Shown one piece after another: positions 28,396 through 39,029 of a stretch of 64,000 nucleotides of DNA. The position numbers and the translations under genes were made by a program. The stretch is from Patescibacteria group bacterium. GTDB lineage: Bacteria; Patescibacteriota; Microgenomatia; JAMCZE01. Positions within the stretch are counted from its first letter, which is position 1, and each line of letters starts with the position of its first letter. The stretch covers positions 173,305 to 237,304 of the forward strand of contig JAMCRP010000001.1 in NCBI GenBank assembly GCA_023380635.1, given 5' to 3'. The notes beneath the pieces are model-generated. The model ran no database searches. It saw only the letters and a program-made list of their open reading frames with translations, and was not told the origin of the DNA.

Positions 28396-29386
28396 TTTTC
28401 GGCCAGGAAAATCTTTCTGCTTCTCTCATAGCAACCGTTTTACCTGCAGCAAACTCCAGGGCCTTTGCATACTGATCGCTGTCCGTCGGGTCAACAAAAA
28501 TTCCGGCATCACCTAAAATCCAGCGTGGCCGGGGCGCATCGGTCGCCACGCAAACTTTTCCCGCGGCCAAACTTTCCAGAAAAACCATCGGCGAATTCTC
28601 CTGAGGGCTCGATGGCAGAGTGATAATATCTGCGGCGGCATAGTAGCCCGGTATATCCTTATAATCTACAACCAAACTCAAAAACCGCTTCTTTCCCAAC
28701 AGCTTCTCACCTGTTTCTTTAATTTCATCCAATAATTCTCCCTGGCCCAAATGCAACAAACTTCCTCTCTCCATTTTCGCGACGGCTTTTATGGCTAAAT
28801 CAACTCTTTTGTAAGGTACAGCGGCAGCCGGACAAAGAATAATTGGTCGTTCCAGATCTAGCTTTACGGGTTTTGCTTTCCTAAAAGTTTCGCAATCGAT
28901 ACCATAGGGAATTGTTTCCACTCTTGTCCACGGACTGACTTTCTTAGCCCACTGGGCAGTCGGCTCTGTCGTGGCCACAAACACATCCGGCTTCAGCCAC
29001 AAATTCCACCTTTCATCCCAATATGGCCCCGAGTGGCCGGTAATAAGAATTTTGCTTCTTAGAAAAAACTTACAAAGAATGACCTGCCAAAAACCGTTCA
29101 AGGGAATTATCCAATCGTATTTTTCTTTTTGCAATTGCGGCAATATCTGCTTGGTAAACTGAAGTACAGAAATAGCTGCCGGATCCAGGAACAGTCTCTT
29201 GCGTAGCATTAAAAAGAAATTATTTGGCTGCTGGTGTTCCGGCTGAGTAATTTTTACGGTCGTATCTCTGCCTGAAAAAAATCTGACTTCATATTTCCCG
29301 TCCAGGCGGCGGGCCAGTTCTTCTGTAAAGCTTTCCGCTCCCCGATTATTAATTCCGCTGTAAAGATTTAAAAATGCTATTTTCAT
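28355..29386 (-). CDS. GT4 glycosyltransferase
   Basis: RGAE, IPYGID, YKRV, ENSPMVFLES (EX7E). Confidence 0.88.
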   Translation of the reverse strand: MKIAFLNLYSGINNRGAESFTEELARRLDGKYEVRFFSGRDTTVKITQPEHQQPNNFFLMLRKRLFLDPAAISVLQFTKQILPQLQKEKYDWIIPLNGFWQVILCKFFLRSKILITGHSGPYWDERWNLWLKPDVFVATTEPTAQWAKKVSPWTRVETIPYGIDCETFRKAKPVKLDLERPIILCPAAAVPYKRVDLAIKAVAKMERGSLLHLGQGELLDEIKETGEKLLGKKRFLSLVVDYKDIPGYYAAADIITLPSSPQENSPMVFLESLAAGKVCVATDAPRPRWILGDAGIFVDPTDSDQYAKALEFAAGKTVAMREAERFSWPKIISEYERLFSSPR

Positions 29387-30090
29387 AGTTTACCTTGAGC
29401 CCCGTCGAAGGGTTTTTCTGCCACGACAAACAGGTGCGGTCCCCAATATTTAAATATTCGGAAAACCTTCTGCCATGGTTTAGCATTTGGGAGTTCCATC
29501 TCCCAAAAAGAGTCGGCTTCAACTATTTTAAGTTTTTTATCCCGTAAAAAGCGAGCCACATCTCCCAGATATGGTTCTAACGTCGTGTCAAAATCACTTT
29601 CAAAGGTGTCCACGGTGTCAGTTTGCGGCTGAACCCGGTTCCAGCTTCGGTTAAATAATAGTTTCAATATTCGCGATCCCTTAAAATTTGGCGAGGCGCG
29701 ATTCGGTGCGCCGTAGTTCGGCGCAAGAATTATTAATAATCCACCGGGCCGGAGAACCCTGACCATTTCCGCCAACAACTCTTTTGGTTTTTCCGTGTGC
29801 TCCAAAACAAAAAAACTGACTACCCGGTCGAAACAGTTGTCTTTATATGGCAGTTTTATTCCGTCAAACTTATCAAAACCAAACTTTTCGGCCAAATCAC
29901 TGACATCGCAGCCCTTACGCTTGGTTGTTTTCCCGCCTAATTTTTTGAGCTTACTGCCGTCGCCGCAACCGACATCAAGGATTGCTTTAGCGTCTTTACA
30001 ATACTCGACCGCCCTGAGAAAACCGGGGTGATCAAACTTTTCTCTCCGGGCGATTCTCTCGTAATACTTTTTGTCCGACCAGATTTTCAT
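29383..30090 (-). CDS. class I SAM-dependent methyltransferase
   Basis: ILDVGCGDG, LPYKDNCFD, VLEH, RVLRPGG. Confidence 0.9.
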   Translation of the reverse strand: MKIWSDKKYYERIARREKFDHPGFLRAVEYCKDAKAILDVGCGDGSKLKKLGGKTTKRKGCDVSDLAEKFGFDKFDGIKLPYKDNCFDRVVSFFVLEHTEKPKELLAEMVRVLRPGGLLIILAPNYGAPNRASPNFKGSRILKLLFNRSWNRVQPQTDTVDTFESDFDTTLEPYLGDVARFLRDKKLKIVEADSFWEMELPNAKPWQKVFRIFKYWGPHLFVVAEKPFDGAQGKL

Positions 30091-30857
30091 ATTCGGAAAC
30101 TCCTCTTAATATTTTTGGCAGGAGTAACTATACTCGCAGCGACTTCATACAGTACCGATCTTCTTGGGAAATCTAATTCTGCAAATACCTCGGGCAATTC
30201 TTGCGATTGAAAAACCAATCCTTTTTCCAACTTTTGAGAACGAATCCCGGCCACTTTCAGATTACTTGAGGATCGTTTCAAATGAGTAGCGTGCAGATAC
30301 CAACTGTCAGAAAACTGCAATTTCTCGTCCCAACCATTTAGAGATTTCCCTTGATATTCATACATCTCTAAGGGATAAACTCCCCCAACAGTCAGGCCGG
30401 GAATGTTTCGGAAACCCCGCATATTAAAATTTCCCCTTCTCCCCTGAAATTGATATTTGCCCGCGTTTTCCGGAAGATAGTGATAGATGTCACCAACCGC
30501 ATTGCGGCTCCGACAATAAACGGCAATCTTTTCCTTAGGCATTGTTTCCAGGTCATGAAGAAACTTTTTAATATTGGTACTAGACCAAACTTCGTCGCCG
30601 TCCAAAAGCATAAAAAAGTCGGTTTTTGTCCGGTCGATCATTTCCTGACGAAACGAGACCAACTTTTCCGGCGAAACCGGACCTTTTTCTTCGAAAAAAA
30701 TTTTTTTATCGTGGATACTATTTATAATGTCCTTTGTCTTATCTGTGGAACCGGTATCATACAAAAGTATCTTATCAACTAAAGGAAGCACCGATTGAAG
30801 AGCAAATCCCACGAATTGGTCTTCGTTTCGAACCAGGCTATGAACGGTGACGGACAT
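30087..30857 (-). CDS. GT2 glycosyltransferase
   Basis: VRNED, YDTGSTDKT, LLDGDE; start set at MSVTV. Confidence 0.85.
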   Translation of the reverse strand: MSVTVHSLVRNEDQFVGFALQSVLPLVDKILLYDTGSTDKTKDIINSIHDKKIFFEEKGPVSPEKLVSFRQEMIDRTKTDFFMLLDGDEVWSSTNIKKFLHDLETMPKEKIAVYCRSRNAVGDIYHYLPENAGKYQFQGRRGNFNMRGFRNIPGLTVGGVYPLEMYEYQGKSLNGWDEKLQFSDSWYLHATHLKRSSSNLKVAGIRSQKLEKGLVFQSQELPEVFAELDFPRRSVLYEVAASIVTPAKNIKRSFRI

Positions 30858-32052
30858 ATTGCCAAACAACTAAATAATAGGAAAAGTTAAAAATCTGCCC
30901 CAAAATGTAAGCTGTTACCGCTCCCCAAATTCCAAATCGGGGTATTAGCCCGAAATAAAGTGCGATACTCACAATCAGCTGCATCGCCGAACCGGTCAGA
31001 TGCCAAACCGATTTTCCTTTCTGGTACAAGACCACTGCAGTGAAAGGCCCGGAAAGAAAGAAAAAAACCATGCCGACCAGCATCCAATTAAAGGCCGGAA
31101 TTGCTTCCAGATATTTATTGCCAAAAACCAGCGGAATAACGATTCCGGAAACAATAATCGTTGCCAACATTCCCAAACTGGCCAGAAAAGATATCAGAAT
31201 ATAATCCCTAAAAGCCTTCGTCTGTTGGGAAATTGTCGAAAGTTTTGGTGAAAAAACTCCCTCCAGAGCCGCGGCCACCTGGGCGAAAACCGAAAGGAGT
31301 TTTTGGGCCGAACTGTAAATACCCGTCACGGCAGCTCCGCCCAAAAGATAAAGTATGGGGATATCAATCTTTGCGGTTAGCGAGGCGATACCATAAGACA
31401 ACGCCAACCAGCGGCAATAATTAACAACTTCTCTAAGGATTCGGCGGGCACTCGTAAAGTCTAGCAGCTGCCAGCGAAAGTTTATCCACAGTATAGCTAT
31501 CCCCATAATAAAAGCGGCAGCGTTTGCCAGACTAAAAACTGTCAGGGCTGACACTGTCTTCAATAACCCTAAAACAACCAGATAATAGGTCAACGCCAAT
31601 CGGATGGTATTGCCAAAAATGTTGACAAAGACATAGCTCATATATTTCTGTCTGGCCAAAAAACTCTGGGTAACCAAACTGACAAAAAGGAGCGAGACAC
31701 CGACGGCCGCGCCGTAAATTTGCAGATGATCTCCCAAAACTATTGAAGCAACAAAAAAGACCGCTGTAATAATTACTCCGACGGCAATTCTCTGAAGCGT
31801 TGCCAGGGAAAAAATAGCCGGAAACCGCTCCTGCGCCCCGAACTTTACTAAAGCGCTGCCCAGCCCCAGATCTCCCAGTTCTGAAGCCAGGAGCCCCAGG
31901 CCAAGCAGATAGGAAAAATAACCAAAGCCCGAAAGCCCCAAAATCCGGGCGACCAGAATATAGAAAACAAACCCCAGGAGGGAGTTAAAAACCGTCCCCG
32001 CGCTTAAACCGGCACTTTGAAAAAAATTCTGTCTATTGGTTAACCGCCACAT
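30838..32052 (-). CDS. Wzx-type oligosaccharide flippase
   Basis: About 12 TM; ARILG...FG, DLGLG, KIDI, GIYSSA, FGNKY, LIPRFGIWGA. Confidence 0.85.
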   Translation of the reverse strand: MWRLTNRQNFFQSAGLSAGTVFNSLLGFVFYILVARILGLSGFGYFSYLLGLGLLASELGDLGLGSALVKFGAQERFPAIFSLATLQRIAVGVIITAVFFVASIVLGDHLQIYGAAVGVSLLFVSLVTQSFLARQKYMSYVFVNIFGNTIRLALTYYLVVLGLLKTVSALTVFSLANAAAFIMGIAILWINFRWQLLDFTSARRILREVVNYCRWLALSYGIASLTAKIDIPILYLLGGAAVTGIYSSAQKLLSVFAQVAAALEGVFSPKLSTISQQTKAFRDYILISFLASLGMLATIIVSGIVIPLVFGNKYLEAIPAFNWMLVGMVFFFLSGPFTAVVLYQKGKSVWHLTGSAMQLIVSIALYFGLIPRFGIWGAVTAYILGQIFNFSYYLVVWQYVRHRS

Positions 32053-33343
32053 AATCAGCCTCTATTTTAGCGCCGCCAGGGTTAATTATTCTAATATTAA
32101 CTCCCGGGTCATGAGAAAAATAATAGCGCACAAATTCCCCGACACCATAGTTTTCTGTAGCAACCACAATTTTTTTACCAGCTGCCAAAATCCTGATCGC
32201 TTCTATTTGTTTTGCTGCTTTTAGCCCTGAAGGCCAACCGGTAAAGAATTGCCACTGCTCCACAGCCGGTAGCGGCGCTGTTGCCGGCGATACCTCTATT
32301 TGCATAAACAGAATTAACGGCTGAATTAAAAAAGCAACCAGGATCACTAAACGCAACATTCCCAATTTTAGACTACCGATTAAATAAGCATCCAACAGAA
32401 ACCCTGGTACCAATAAAATTAGTAAATACCGAGGGAAAAAAATCTTTGCCAAAAAAGCTTCAGCCAGCAGTGGCAGAAAAAAAGTTATCGCCAAAAATGC
32501 CGCCGATTTGTTTTTGTGAACCAGGTTATAAACCCCGGCGATTAAAACGCCAACCAGTGGCAGCACCCCTAAATAAACAGCCAGCCAATCTTTCAAACTC
32601 ATTTTTAAATTAGTCAGGAGTACCTCCCGAATGTGTTTGGCGGCAAAAAACGGCGAATAAACAAAGGTCTGGTTTTTATCGGCAATGGCCGCAAAGCCGG
32701 GAGCAAACAAAATTGGCAAATATATCGCTCCTGCAATGATAATAACTAGCAATAGTAATTTATTCTTTTTAATTATCAGCATTGTCAGCGGCACCAAAAA
32801 AACAAACATCTGGGCAATCGTCTTGGTGACCAGGGCCAGCCCGTAAAAAACACCGGATATCAGCACCCACCGAAGACTCTTTAGCCTTGATGCCTTTACT
32901 AAACCAAAAAGAAATCCGGTCAAAAGAAAAACCAGAAGCCCGTCCAGAAGGCTGAGTCGGTTATAAACCAGGGCAAACGGTGAAAAGACATAAAATAGCA
33001 TCGCGATTTGACCGGTCCTCTGATCAAACAATTCTTTTCCTAAAAAATAGACCAGCGTTGCTGTCCCCAGTCCCGCCAGAAGCGACATAACTCTTCCGGC
33101 CAGAATCGGGTCGGGTAATCTGGAAAGGGCAGTCAGCAGCCAGAAAAACAGCGGTTCTTTCCCGTCAGCAAAAGAAATCCAGAGCGGGTTACTTATCCCT
33201 TCCCGAACCAAACGAAGATAATAAACCTCATCGGTAAAAAGCGGCCAGGAAACCAGTCCCCAAGCTCGTGTTATCAAATAAATGACAACCAGAGTCAGAA
33301 AAAACCAGTTAGGTTTTATTTGCTTTAAGATCAATTTTCCCAT
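32033..33343 (-). CDS. GT-C (PMT_2/ArnT-like) membrane glycosyltransferase
   Basis: PLFTDE, DGKEPLFFW, GRVMS, YNRLSLLD, FPRY. Confidence 0.82.
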   Translation of the reverse strand: MGKLILKQIKPNWFFLTLVVIYLITRAWGLVSWPLFTDEVYYLRLVREGISNPLWISFADGKEPLFFWLLTALSRLPDPILAGRVMSLLAGLGTATLVYFLGKELFDQRTGQIAMLFYVFSPFALVYNRLSLLDGLLVFLLTGFLFGLVKASRLKSLRWVLISGVFYGLALVTKTIAQMFVFLVPLTMLIIKKNKLLLLVIIIAGAIYLPILFAPGFAAIADKNQTFVYSPFFAAKHIREVLLTNLKMSLKDWLAVYLGVLPLVGVLIAGVYNLVHKNKSAAFLAITFFLPLLAEAFLAKIFFPRYLLILLVPGFLLDAYLIGSLKLGMLRLVILVAFLIQPLILFMQIEVSPATAPLPAVEQWQFFTGWPSGLKAAKQIEAIRILAAGKKIVVATENYGVGEFVRYYFSHDPGVNIRIINPGGAKIEADYVAVNQ

Positions 33344-34718
33344 CTTTAATTATGAAATTAACCTCATAAAAAGGTGCAGATTTCGGTAATCGATCAGTGT
33401 ACAGCCAGGATAAATATAAGTCCATATAAGATTTTACCGGCTCATGGCCCAAATAGGTAAAAAGATAGCGAAAACCATACGGTTGACAATGGCCCAGACA
33501 GGTAACATCAAAAGAAAACGGCTGATTACCCACGACCTGAATAGCTTTTTGCACCGCCTGCAACTTTTCCGGATAGGATTCGCTGTGATAGGCGGCCAGC
33601 ATTTTTGTCATATTAAGCCAGAGAAAAATCCCGATTAAGACTACACCAAACATTTTCCCGAGGTTGTTTTGCCAAATCCGATCAAAGCTGGTCCCGGCAA
33701 GAAAAAACAAAGGAATTGCTATCGGAGTGTAATAATAGCCGGAAATTGGGCTGCGGAAAATCAACAATCCTAAAACCGTCGCCCCAACTTGCAACCACAA
33801 CAGCTGGTATGCCCGATCTTTCTTCGCCAATTTTAACGAAACTATCACCAGGAAAAGCATCAATACTGAAACAATTTGCATCTGTCCTCGGTCCAGAGTA
33901 TTGTCTCCCAAAGTAAGCTGACTACTAACATCATTGTTATCCTGATAAGCAAACAACTTTCCGGAAGTATTTAATAATTCTGTCGTTACCGCTACTGTCC
34001 TATTAGGAAAAGTTTGAGTATTGGCTTTTGGGGCCGTAAAGTATGTCGCCAAGGCTCGCAGTTCCAAAAAATTGTGCCGGGCTTCAAAAAGAAAAACCGG
34101 AGAAAAAGACAGGAGAAAAATTATTGCCGCCAAAACCGTAGTTTTAATATTCAATTTTTGGTAGCCCATTACCAAGGCCAAAACCGCAAATAAGAAAAGC
34201 GACATCCCTGTTCCGTGAGCGCTGACGGCTAAGGCCAAAGTTAGTGCCAGGAGTATTAATTTTCGTTTATAGACGAAATAGAACACTAGTAAACTTAAAA
34301 TTGGGGTAAGCGAGGCATTCCAATAATGCCGGTCCCACAGGCTCATCAGCATCGAGCCGGAATATAATATGGCGGCAAAAAAAGCCGCCCGTTCGCCAAA
34401 CATTTTTTTGCCCAGGAAATATACCAATAGAGCTGTAATCGCTCCCAAAGATGAAACAAAAATTCCAAAAACCACTGGATCCCCCCGGCCGATAAAAGCC
34501 ACGATCGCCATTAAATAGACAAACCAGGGCGTGGTGTAAATCCCGGTGTCGGCCATACTGCCGCCGATCAGGGGAAAATGATAACCGGTGGCAATGTTAA
34601 GCGGGATGTAACTCCAATATTCTTCATCCATTGTCCAATGCAAAAGCTGCGGCAAATGATAGAAGCGCATGAAAACCGCCAAAACCAAAATAGTCAGCAA
34701 AAAAATTTTAGTCTTCAC
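33309..34718 (-). CDS. GT-C (PMT_2/ArnT-like) membrane glycosyltransferase
   Basis: RFYHL..WTMDEE, PLIG, TPWFVYL, DRHYWN; multi-TM. Confidence 0.8.
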   Translation of the reverse strand: MKTKIFLLTILVLAVFMRFYHLPQLLHWTMDEEYWSYIPLNIATGYHFPLIGGSMADTGIYTTPWFVYLMAIVAFIGRGDPVVFGIFVSSLGAITALLVYFLGKKMFGERAAFFAAILYSGSMLMSLWDRHYWNASLTPILSLLVFYFVYKRKLILLALTLALAVSAHGTGMSLFLFAVLALVMGYQKLNIKTTVLAAIIFLLSFSPVFLFEARHNFLELRALATYFTAPKANTQTFPNRTVAVTTELLNTSGKLFAYQDNNDVSSQLTLGDNTLDRGQMQIVSVLMLFLVIVSLKLAKKDRAYQLLWLQVGATVLGLLIFRSPISGYYYTPIAIPLFFLAGTSFDRIWQNNLGKMFGVVLIGIFLWLNMTKMLAAYHSESYPEKLQAVQKAIQVVGNQPFSFDVTCLGHCQPYGFRYLFTYLGHEPVKSYMDLYLSWLYTDRLPKSAPFYEVNFIIKDGKIDLKANKT

Positions 34719-35422
34719 TTTTTGGCCACGATTAATATCGACACTCCAAACGGCATGTTGATAAAACGCAGGAGAAACCTTTCGACAGCCGCGGCAAAGA
34801 GAAGAAAATTATTAACTGCCGGCGGCAGCTCCACAAAATCCGACTCCTGGCGGCCGCCCAGCCGGCTTTTAATTAAACGGATAATAAAAGCCGGGGAATG
34901 GGGACAAAAAAAATAGGTTGCCTTTTCCACCCGCAGACCACTGTTAGCCACGAGCTTTCGCGCCTGCCCCAGAGTGTAGCGGCGTTTGTGGCCAAGCATT
35001 TCGTCCCAATAGGTCCACAAAAACTGATAGGCCGGGACAGTGAGAATTAATCTGCCGCCGTCTTGCAGGAGTTCGTATATGCCGGAAAGCAACTTGTCGT
35101 CATGCTCCACATGTTCCAAAACATCCAAACATAAGACAGTATCAAAAGTTCCCGCAGGATAGGGCAGGGGTTTTTCAAAGTCCGCGGCTTTAACTTTTTC
35201 CAGTCCCCGCTTTCGGCAAAACACCAAAGCCTCTCTTGAACCGTCCAGCCCATACGCGTCATACCCGGATTCTTTCAGTTCTGATAGCATTGACCCGGTC
35301 CCGCAGCCGACATCCAGAATCTTTTTCCCTTGCAAAAACCTTTTAACTAGTTGCCTTTTGGCGACATGCCACCAGTAAGTTTTCTCCTGGCGGTACATCT
35401 CCGGATAAAGGTCTTCCCTCAT
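34715..35422 (-). CDS. class I SAM-dependent methyltransferase
   Basis: YWWHVAKR, LDVGCGTG, LDVLEH, TVPAY..LW...D...GHKRRY. Confidence 0.9.
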   Translation of the reverse strand: MREDLYPEMYRQEKTYWWHVAKRQLVKRFLQGKKILDVGCGTGSMLSELKESGYDAYGLDGSREALVFCRKRGLEKVKAADFEKPLPYPAGTFDTVLCLDVLEHVEHDDKLLSGIYELLQDGGRLILTVPAYQFLWTYWDEMLGHKRRYTLGQARKLVANSGLRVEKATYFFCPHSPAFIIRLIKSRLGGRQESDFVELPPAVNNFLLFAAAVERFLLRFINMPFGVSILIVAKK

Positions 35423-35426
35423 TTTA

Positions 35427-36776
35427 TTAGTGATAAATATTAAAGACTAACTGCATTGCAATAACATTTAAAGCCACCATGGCTGTGGCCGAAAGAATTG
35501 CCCCAATTTTTTTCCAGCGCCCGAAAAGAGCTGTGATACCTGCCAAAAGGAGGGCCATCTGGGGAATGATATTGGGAAAAAGATATCTTCCCTGAAGCCC
35601 CAGGGAGAATCCGGTTGACTGCATCAGCCGCCAGTCCCAAAAGACCAGATAAATAAGATAGAAGGCGGAAGAAAGAAGAAAAAAAATTAACGCCTTTAAC
35701 TCAAAAGTAATTTTCCAGTTTTTAGCTGCTAACAATATTTTTATCACTAATCCAAGTGCGGCCAGAACTGCCACCCGGGTGATTATTTTCATAACCATCG
35801 GCGGCAAGGTAACTCCCAGCCATTTGAAAACTCCCCAATACCACGGCCACATTTCAAACGCCAGTTTTCCAACTCGGAAATGCAAATAATCCAAAAAGCT
35901 AATTGCTCCGGCGGGACCAACCCCGGGCATGTAAGGGATTGGTATACGCAAAAGAAAAGCCGCAATCGGCGAAAGCAGGACTCCCGCCGCCAATATGATT
36001 CCCAAAAGCTTTCTTTTGAAAAAGAGATAGACAAAAACCGCCACCGCAACGGGCAGGAAAAAAATCATAAACTGTTTCGTCTGCATTCCCAAGAACAAGG
36101 TGGCGGCTGATACCACTGCCAGTTTCCAGGAAAACCCCTTCTTTAAGGCAAAAAGCAAAATCAGTATTCCCAGAGAATATAAAAGATTAAGCAGATTATC
36201 TGGATGGATGCCGGCTGAAACATAGGAAATCATCGGCTGAAAGGAGACTATTATTCCCAGGGAAAAAGCGAAAAGATTATCTTCCCAGATCAGTTTTCCG
36301 ATTTTGAAAGCGACTGCCGCCAAAAGCAAATTTAAAATTACCGGTAGGATTCTGGCGGCCATTACCCGGTTGACAAGATTTTGAGAATAGACAGCGTTAT
36401 AAAAAGGCACCGAAAGGTCATAATAAAGCGGTGGATAGACGGCAGCTTCCTGACCGACATAAGTAGTCCTGGCCACGATAGGCATAACCGGAACGGGAGA
36501 ATTGTTTTTATATTCCGGATGGTAGGTATACTTATTATTTCCCCGCTCATCCCGGCGCGTCCCCAGAATATCTTCGGCAGTCGCTTCCTCTAACGAAAGA
36601 TTATTTACCGGATCGATTTGAGTGGTCTTCTTTTCCGCGTACCACTGCAACTGAGCAAAATGTGCCTGTTCATCCGGGGTCTGAAAAATCGGCACCAGAT
36701 TTATCCAAAGCAGGCTTTTAAGTAAAACTGCCGCCAGCAATAAAACCAAAAAATAATTACTCCGCAGCCACTTCAT
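35427..36776 (-). CDS. DUF2142-like GT-C membrane protein
   Basis: PIFQTPDEQAH, YPPLYY, QGRYLFP; multi-TM. Confidence 0.8.
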   Translation of the reverse strand: MKWLRSNYFLVLLLAAVLLKSLLWINLVPIFQTPDEQAHFAQLQWYAEKKTTQIDPVNNLSLEEATAEDILGTRRDERGNNKYTYHPEYKNNSPVPVMPIVARTTYVGQEAAVYPPLYYDLSVPFYNAVYSQNLVNRVMAARILPVILNLLLAAVAFKIGKLIWEDNLFAFSLGIIVSFQPMISYVSAGIHPDNLLNLLYSLGILILLFALKKGFSWKLAVVSAATLFLGMQTKQFMIFFLPVAVAVFVYLFFKRKLLGIILAAGVLLSPIAAFLLRIPIPYMPGVGPAGAISFLDYLHFRVGKLAFEMWPWYWGVFKWLGVTLPPMVMKIITRVAVLAALGLVIKILLAAKNWKITFELKALIFFLLSSAFYLIYLVFWDWRLMQSTGFSLGLQGRYLFPNIIPQMALLLAGITALFGRWKKIGAILSATAMVALNVIAMQLVFNIYH

Positions 36777-37884
36777 ATAACAATTTCTTCAATTTTGTCA
36801 GATTATTATCCCATGTATAGCTTCTCTTTGTCAGGGCCAGGGCGTGATTGGCCAGTTCCCGGCGTTGGCGGGTGTCAGACAAGATCTTCTCCAGTACCCG
36901 GGCTAGTTCGTCCGTATTGTTCGGCGTCACCAATAGTCCGGTTTCGCCATCTTTAACAACCTCACTTGTGCCGGCAATATTAGAAGCCACGACCACGGTT
37001 TTAGAGGCAAAAGACTCCAATGCCACATGCGGCAACCCTTCATAATCTGAAAAAAGGACTAAGATCTCAGATTTGTCTATCACCTCATGGCTTTGATCCG
37101 GCAAAACATCTCCTAGAAAACAAATTCTCGCCGACAGCCCAAATTTTTTAACCAGACTTTCCAGTCTTTGTCTTTCTTCCCCGTCACCGACGATTTTCAG
37201 GGAGAACTTTACCTCTTTTTTGACTAATTTATTAGCGGCTTCAATGATCAGGTCAACATTTTTCCATGGCGCCAGACGACCCACCACCACAATCTGCTCG
37301 GCAACTTTTTGAGGTTGGCTAGAAAGTATTTCTACGGAATTGGGAATTACCAGGAGTTGTTTAGCGGGGACTTGATAGTACTTTTCCAGTAATCTTGCCA
37401 GATAGAAAGCCGGAGTGATGACTTTGTCGCTTCGTCGCAAAACCAGTTTAGTAATTTTATACAAAAGACCCTGATGTTTCTGCTCGGTCTGTAAAAACAT
37501 CTCTAAAGTCGAACTTACCAAAATTTTCCCCCGGCGCCGGCCCTCTTCCCAGGCGGGATCACCAACATACTTGGTAATTATTTTCTTCCCCAGAATTTTT
37601 CCGGCCGTCAAGGCTACCAAACCAACCACTGCCGGTTCCTGGATATAAATTAAATCCGCCCAAAGTCCCTGTCGCAAGCAGGCAAAAAACAAATTCAGCT
37701 GTCTTGTCAGGGTATTTCCGGATTTAGAAATAATCGTCGCCCTGTTGTCGGAAACAGACTTGGCCCCAAAACTGATTACCCGAACATCAAATTCGGGGAT
37801 TAAACGGTTTAGAAGTTCCCGGCTATATGTTGCCGGCCCGCCAATCTCAGGAGAGTAAATTGGAGAGACAATCAGCAGCTTCAT
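36757..37884 (-). CDS. GT4 glycosyltransferase
   Basis: PEIGGPATY, GRLAPWKN, YEGLPHVALES. Confidence 0.92.
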   Translation of the reverse strand: MKLLIVSPIYSPEIGGPATYSRELLNRLIPEFDVRVISFGAKSVSDNRATIISKSGNTLTRQLNLFFACLRQGLWADLIYIQEPAVVGLVALTAGKILGKKIITKYVGDPAWEEGRRRGKILVSSTLEMFLQTEQKHQGLLYKITKLVLRRSDKVITPAFYLARLLEKYYQVPAKQLLVIPNSVEILSSQPQKVAEQIVVVGRLAPWKNVDLIIEAANKLVKKEVKFSLKIVGDGEERQRLESLVKKFGLSARICFLGDVLPDQSHEVIDKSEILVLFSDYEGLPHVALESFASKTVVVASNIAGTSEVVKDGETGLLVTPNNTDELARVLEKILSDTRQRRELANHALALTKRSYTWDNNLTKLKKLLYEVAAE

Positions 37885-39020
37885 TCTTTAAAGAGTCCGA
37901 TAAAAAGGCTGGCCGCTTTTTCTAAATCGTACTTTTGGACTTGTTTTGTTCCTTCATAAATAAGTTCCTGCCTTCTTTGCAAACTCTTTAACAATTGTAC
38001 GGCAAAACTGGAAAAAGTTTTCAGATCTCCCGGCTCGGCAACATATTTTTTTTGTTTTGGTGTCAGTATATCCCGAACTCCGCCGACATTAAAAGCCACA
38101 AACGGCACTTTCATGGCCATGGATTCCAGAAGAACCCGGGGAAAGCCCTCCTGTCGTGACGGCATGATTAAAAGATCCGCCAAGGAAAAGTACTTAGAGA
38201 TTTCCTTATTGGGAATTGCCCCCAAAACCCGAACCGACTTTTTTTGACCGGCTAATTCCGTCTTAAGTTTTTTTTCATCAGGTCCCCCGCCGATAATAAC
38301 AAACCGTGCCTCCGGCACTTCGGAGATAACATTTTGTATTAATTCCGGCAGGTACCCTGTTCCTTTTCTGGGTACCAGCCGATGAACAAATAGAACCACC
38401 TTATCTTCGGGAAGAAACTTTAGCTTTCGTCTTAATCTTATTTGTTCAGTCTTACTTATTGTCATAAAACGCTGCAAATTAACCCAGTTCGGCAAAATTT
38501 TTATCTTATCGTGAGGAACTCCAAAAGTTTTTTCATAAAAATCACCCACTGTTTCCGTTCCGGTGACCAGATAGTTTACCAGCCGCAAAGTCAATAGCAT
38601 TGGCCAATGATCAGTTAGCCGTCTTCTTAAACCAGTAAAATCGTTGGTCAAATGAGCATGGTAGTTCTCAAAAGTTTCACAGTGCCAAAAATAAACTTTC
38701 CCACCGGTCGGTCGAAAGATCAGACTGGCAATAATCGCGCTCCAGTAAGAATAATGTACATAGGCAGTTCTATATCCTTGTGATCGAAATCCGAGAAAAA
38801 TAAAAAATCTTTCTAATAGACCAAATGGCGGCAGAGTAAGCTGCTGTCTATAAATTTTTACTTTTTGCTCTAAAAAACCCGGGTTTTCACCTTTTTCGAT
38901 AAACAAGGCGATTTTGACAATATTAGAGTTTCTCTCAAGCAATTCGGACAAGTTATAATAATGAGATGATGAATTGCTGGAATATTCCGGCAAAATGTAG
39001 AGAAGTTTTCCTTTGTTCAT
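37881..39020 (-). CDS. GT4 glycosyltransferase
   Basis: LPNWV, HRLVPRKG, EGFPRVLLES. Confidence 0.9.
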   Translation of the reverse strand: MNKGKLLYILPEYSSNSSSHYYNLSELLERNSNIVKIALFIEKGENPGFLEQKVKIYRQQLTLPPFGLLERFFIFLGFRSQGYRTAYVHYSYWSAIIASLIFRPTGGKVYFWHCETFENYHAHLTNDFTGLRRRLTDHWPMLLTLRLVNYLVTGTETVGDFYEKTFGVPHDKIKILPNWVNLQRFMTISKTEQIRLRRKLKFLPEDKVVLFVHRLVPRKGTGYLPELIQNVISEVPEARFVIIGGGPDEKKLKTELAGQKKSVRVLGAIPNKEISKYFSLADLLIMPSRQEGFPRVLLESMAMKVPFVAFNVGGVRDILTPKQKKYVAEPGDLKTFSSFAVQLLKSLQRRQELIYEGTKQVQKYDLEKAASLFIGLFKE

Positions 39021-39029
39021 CAGGTCCTG

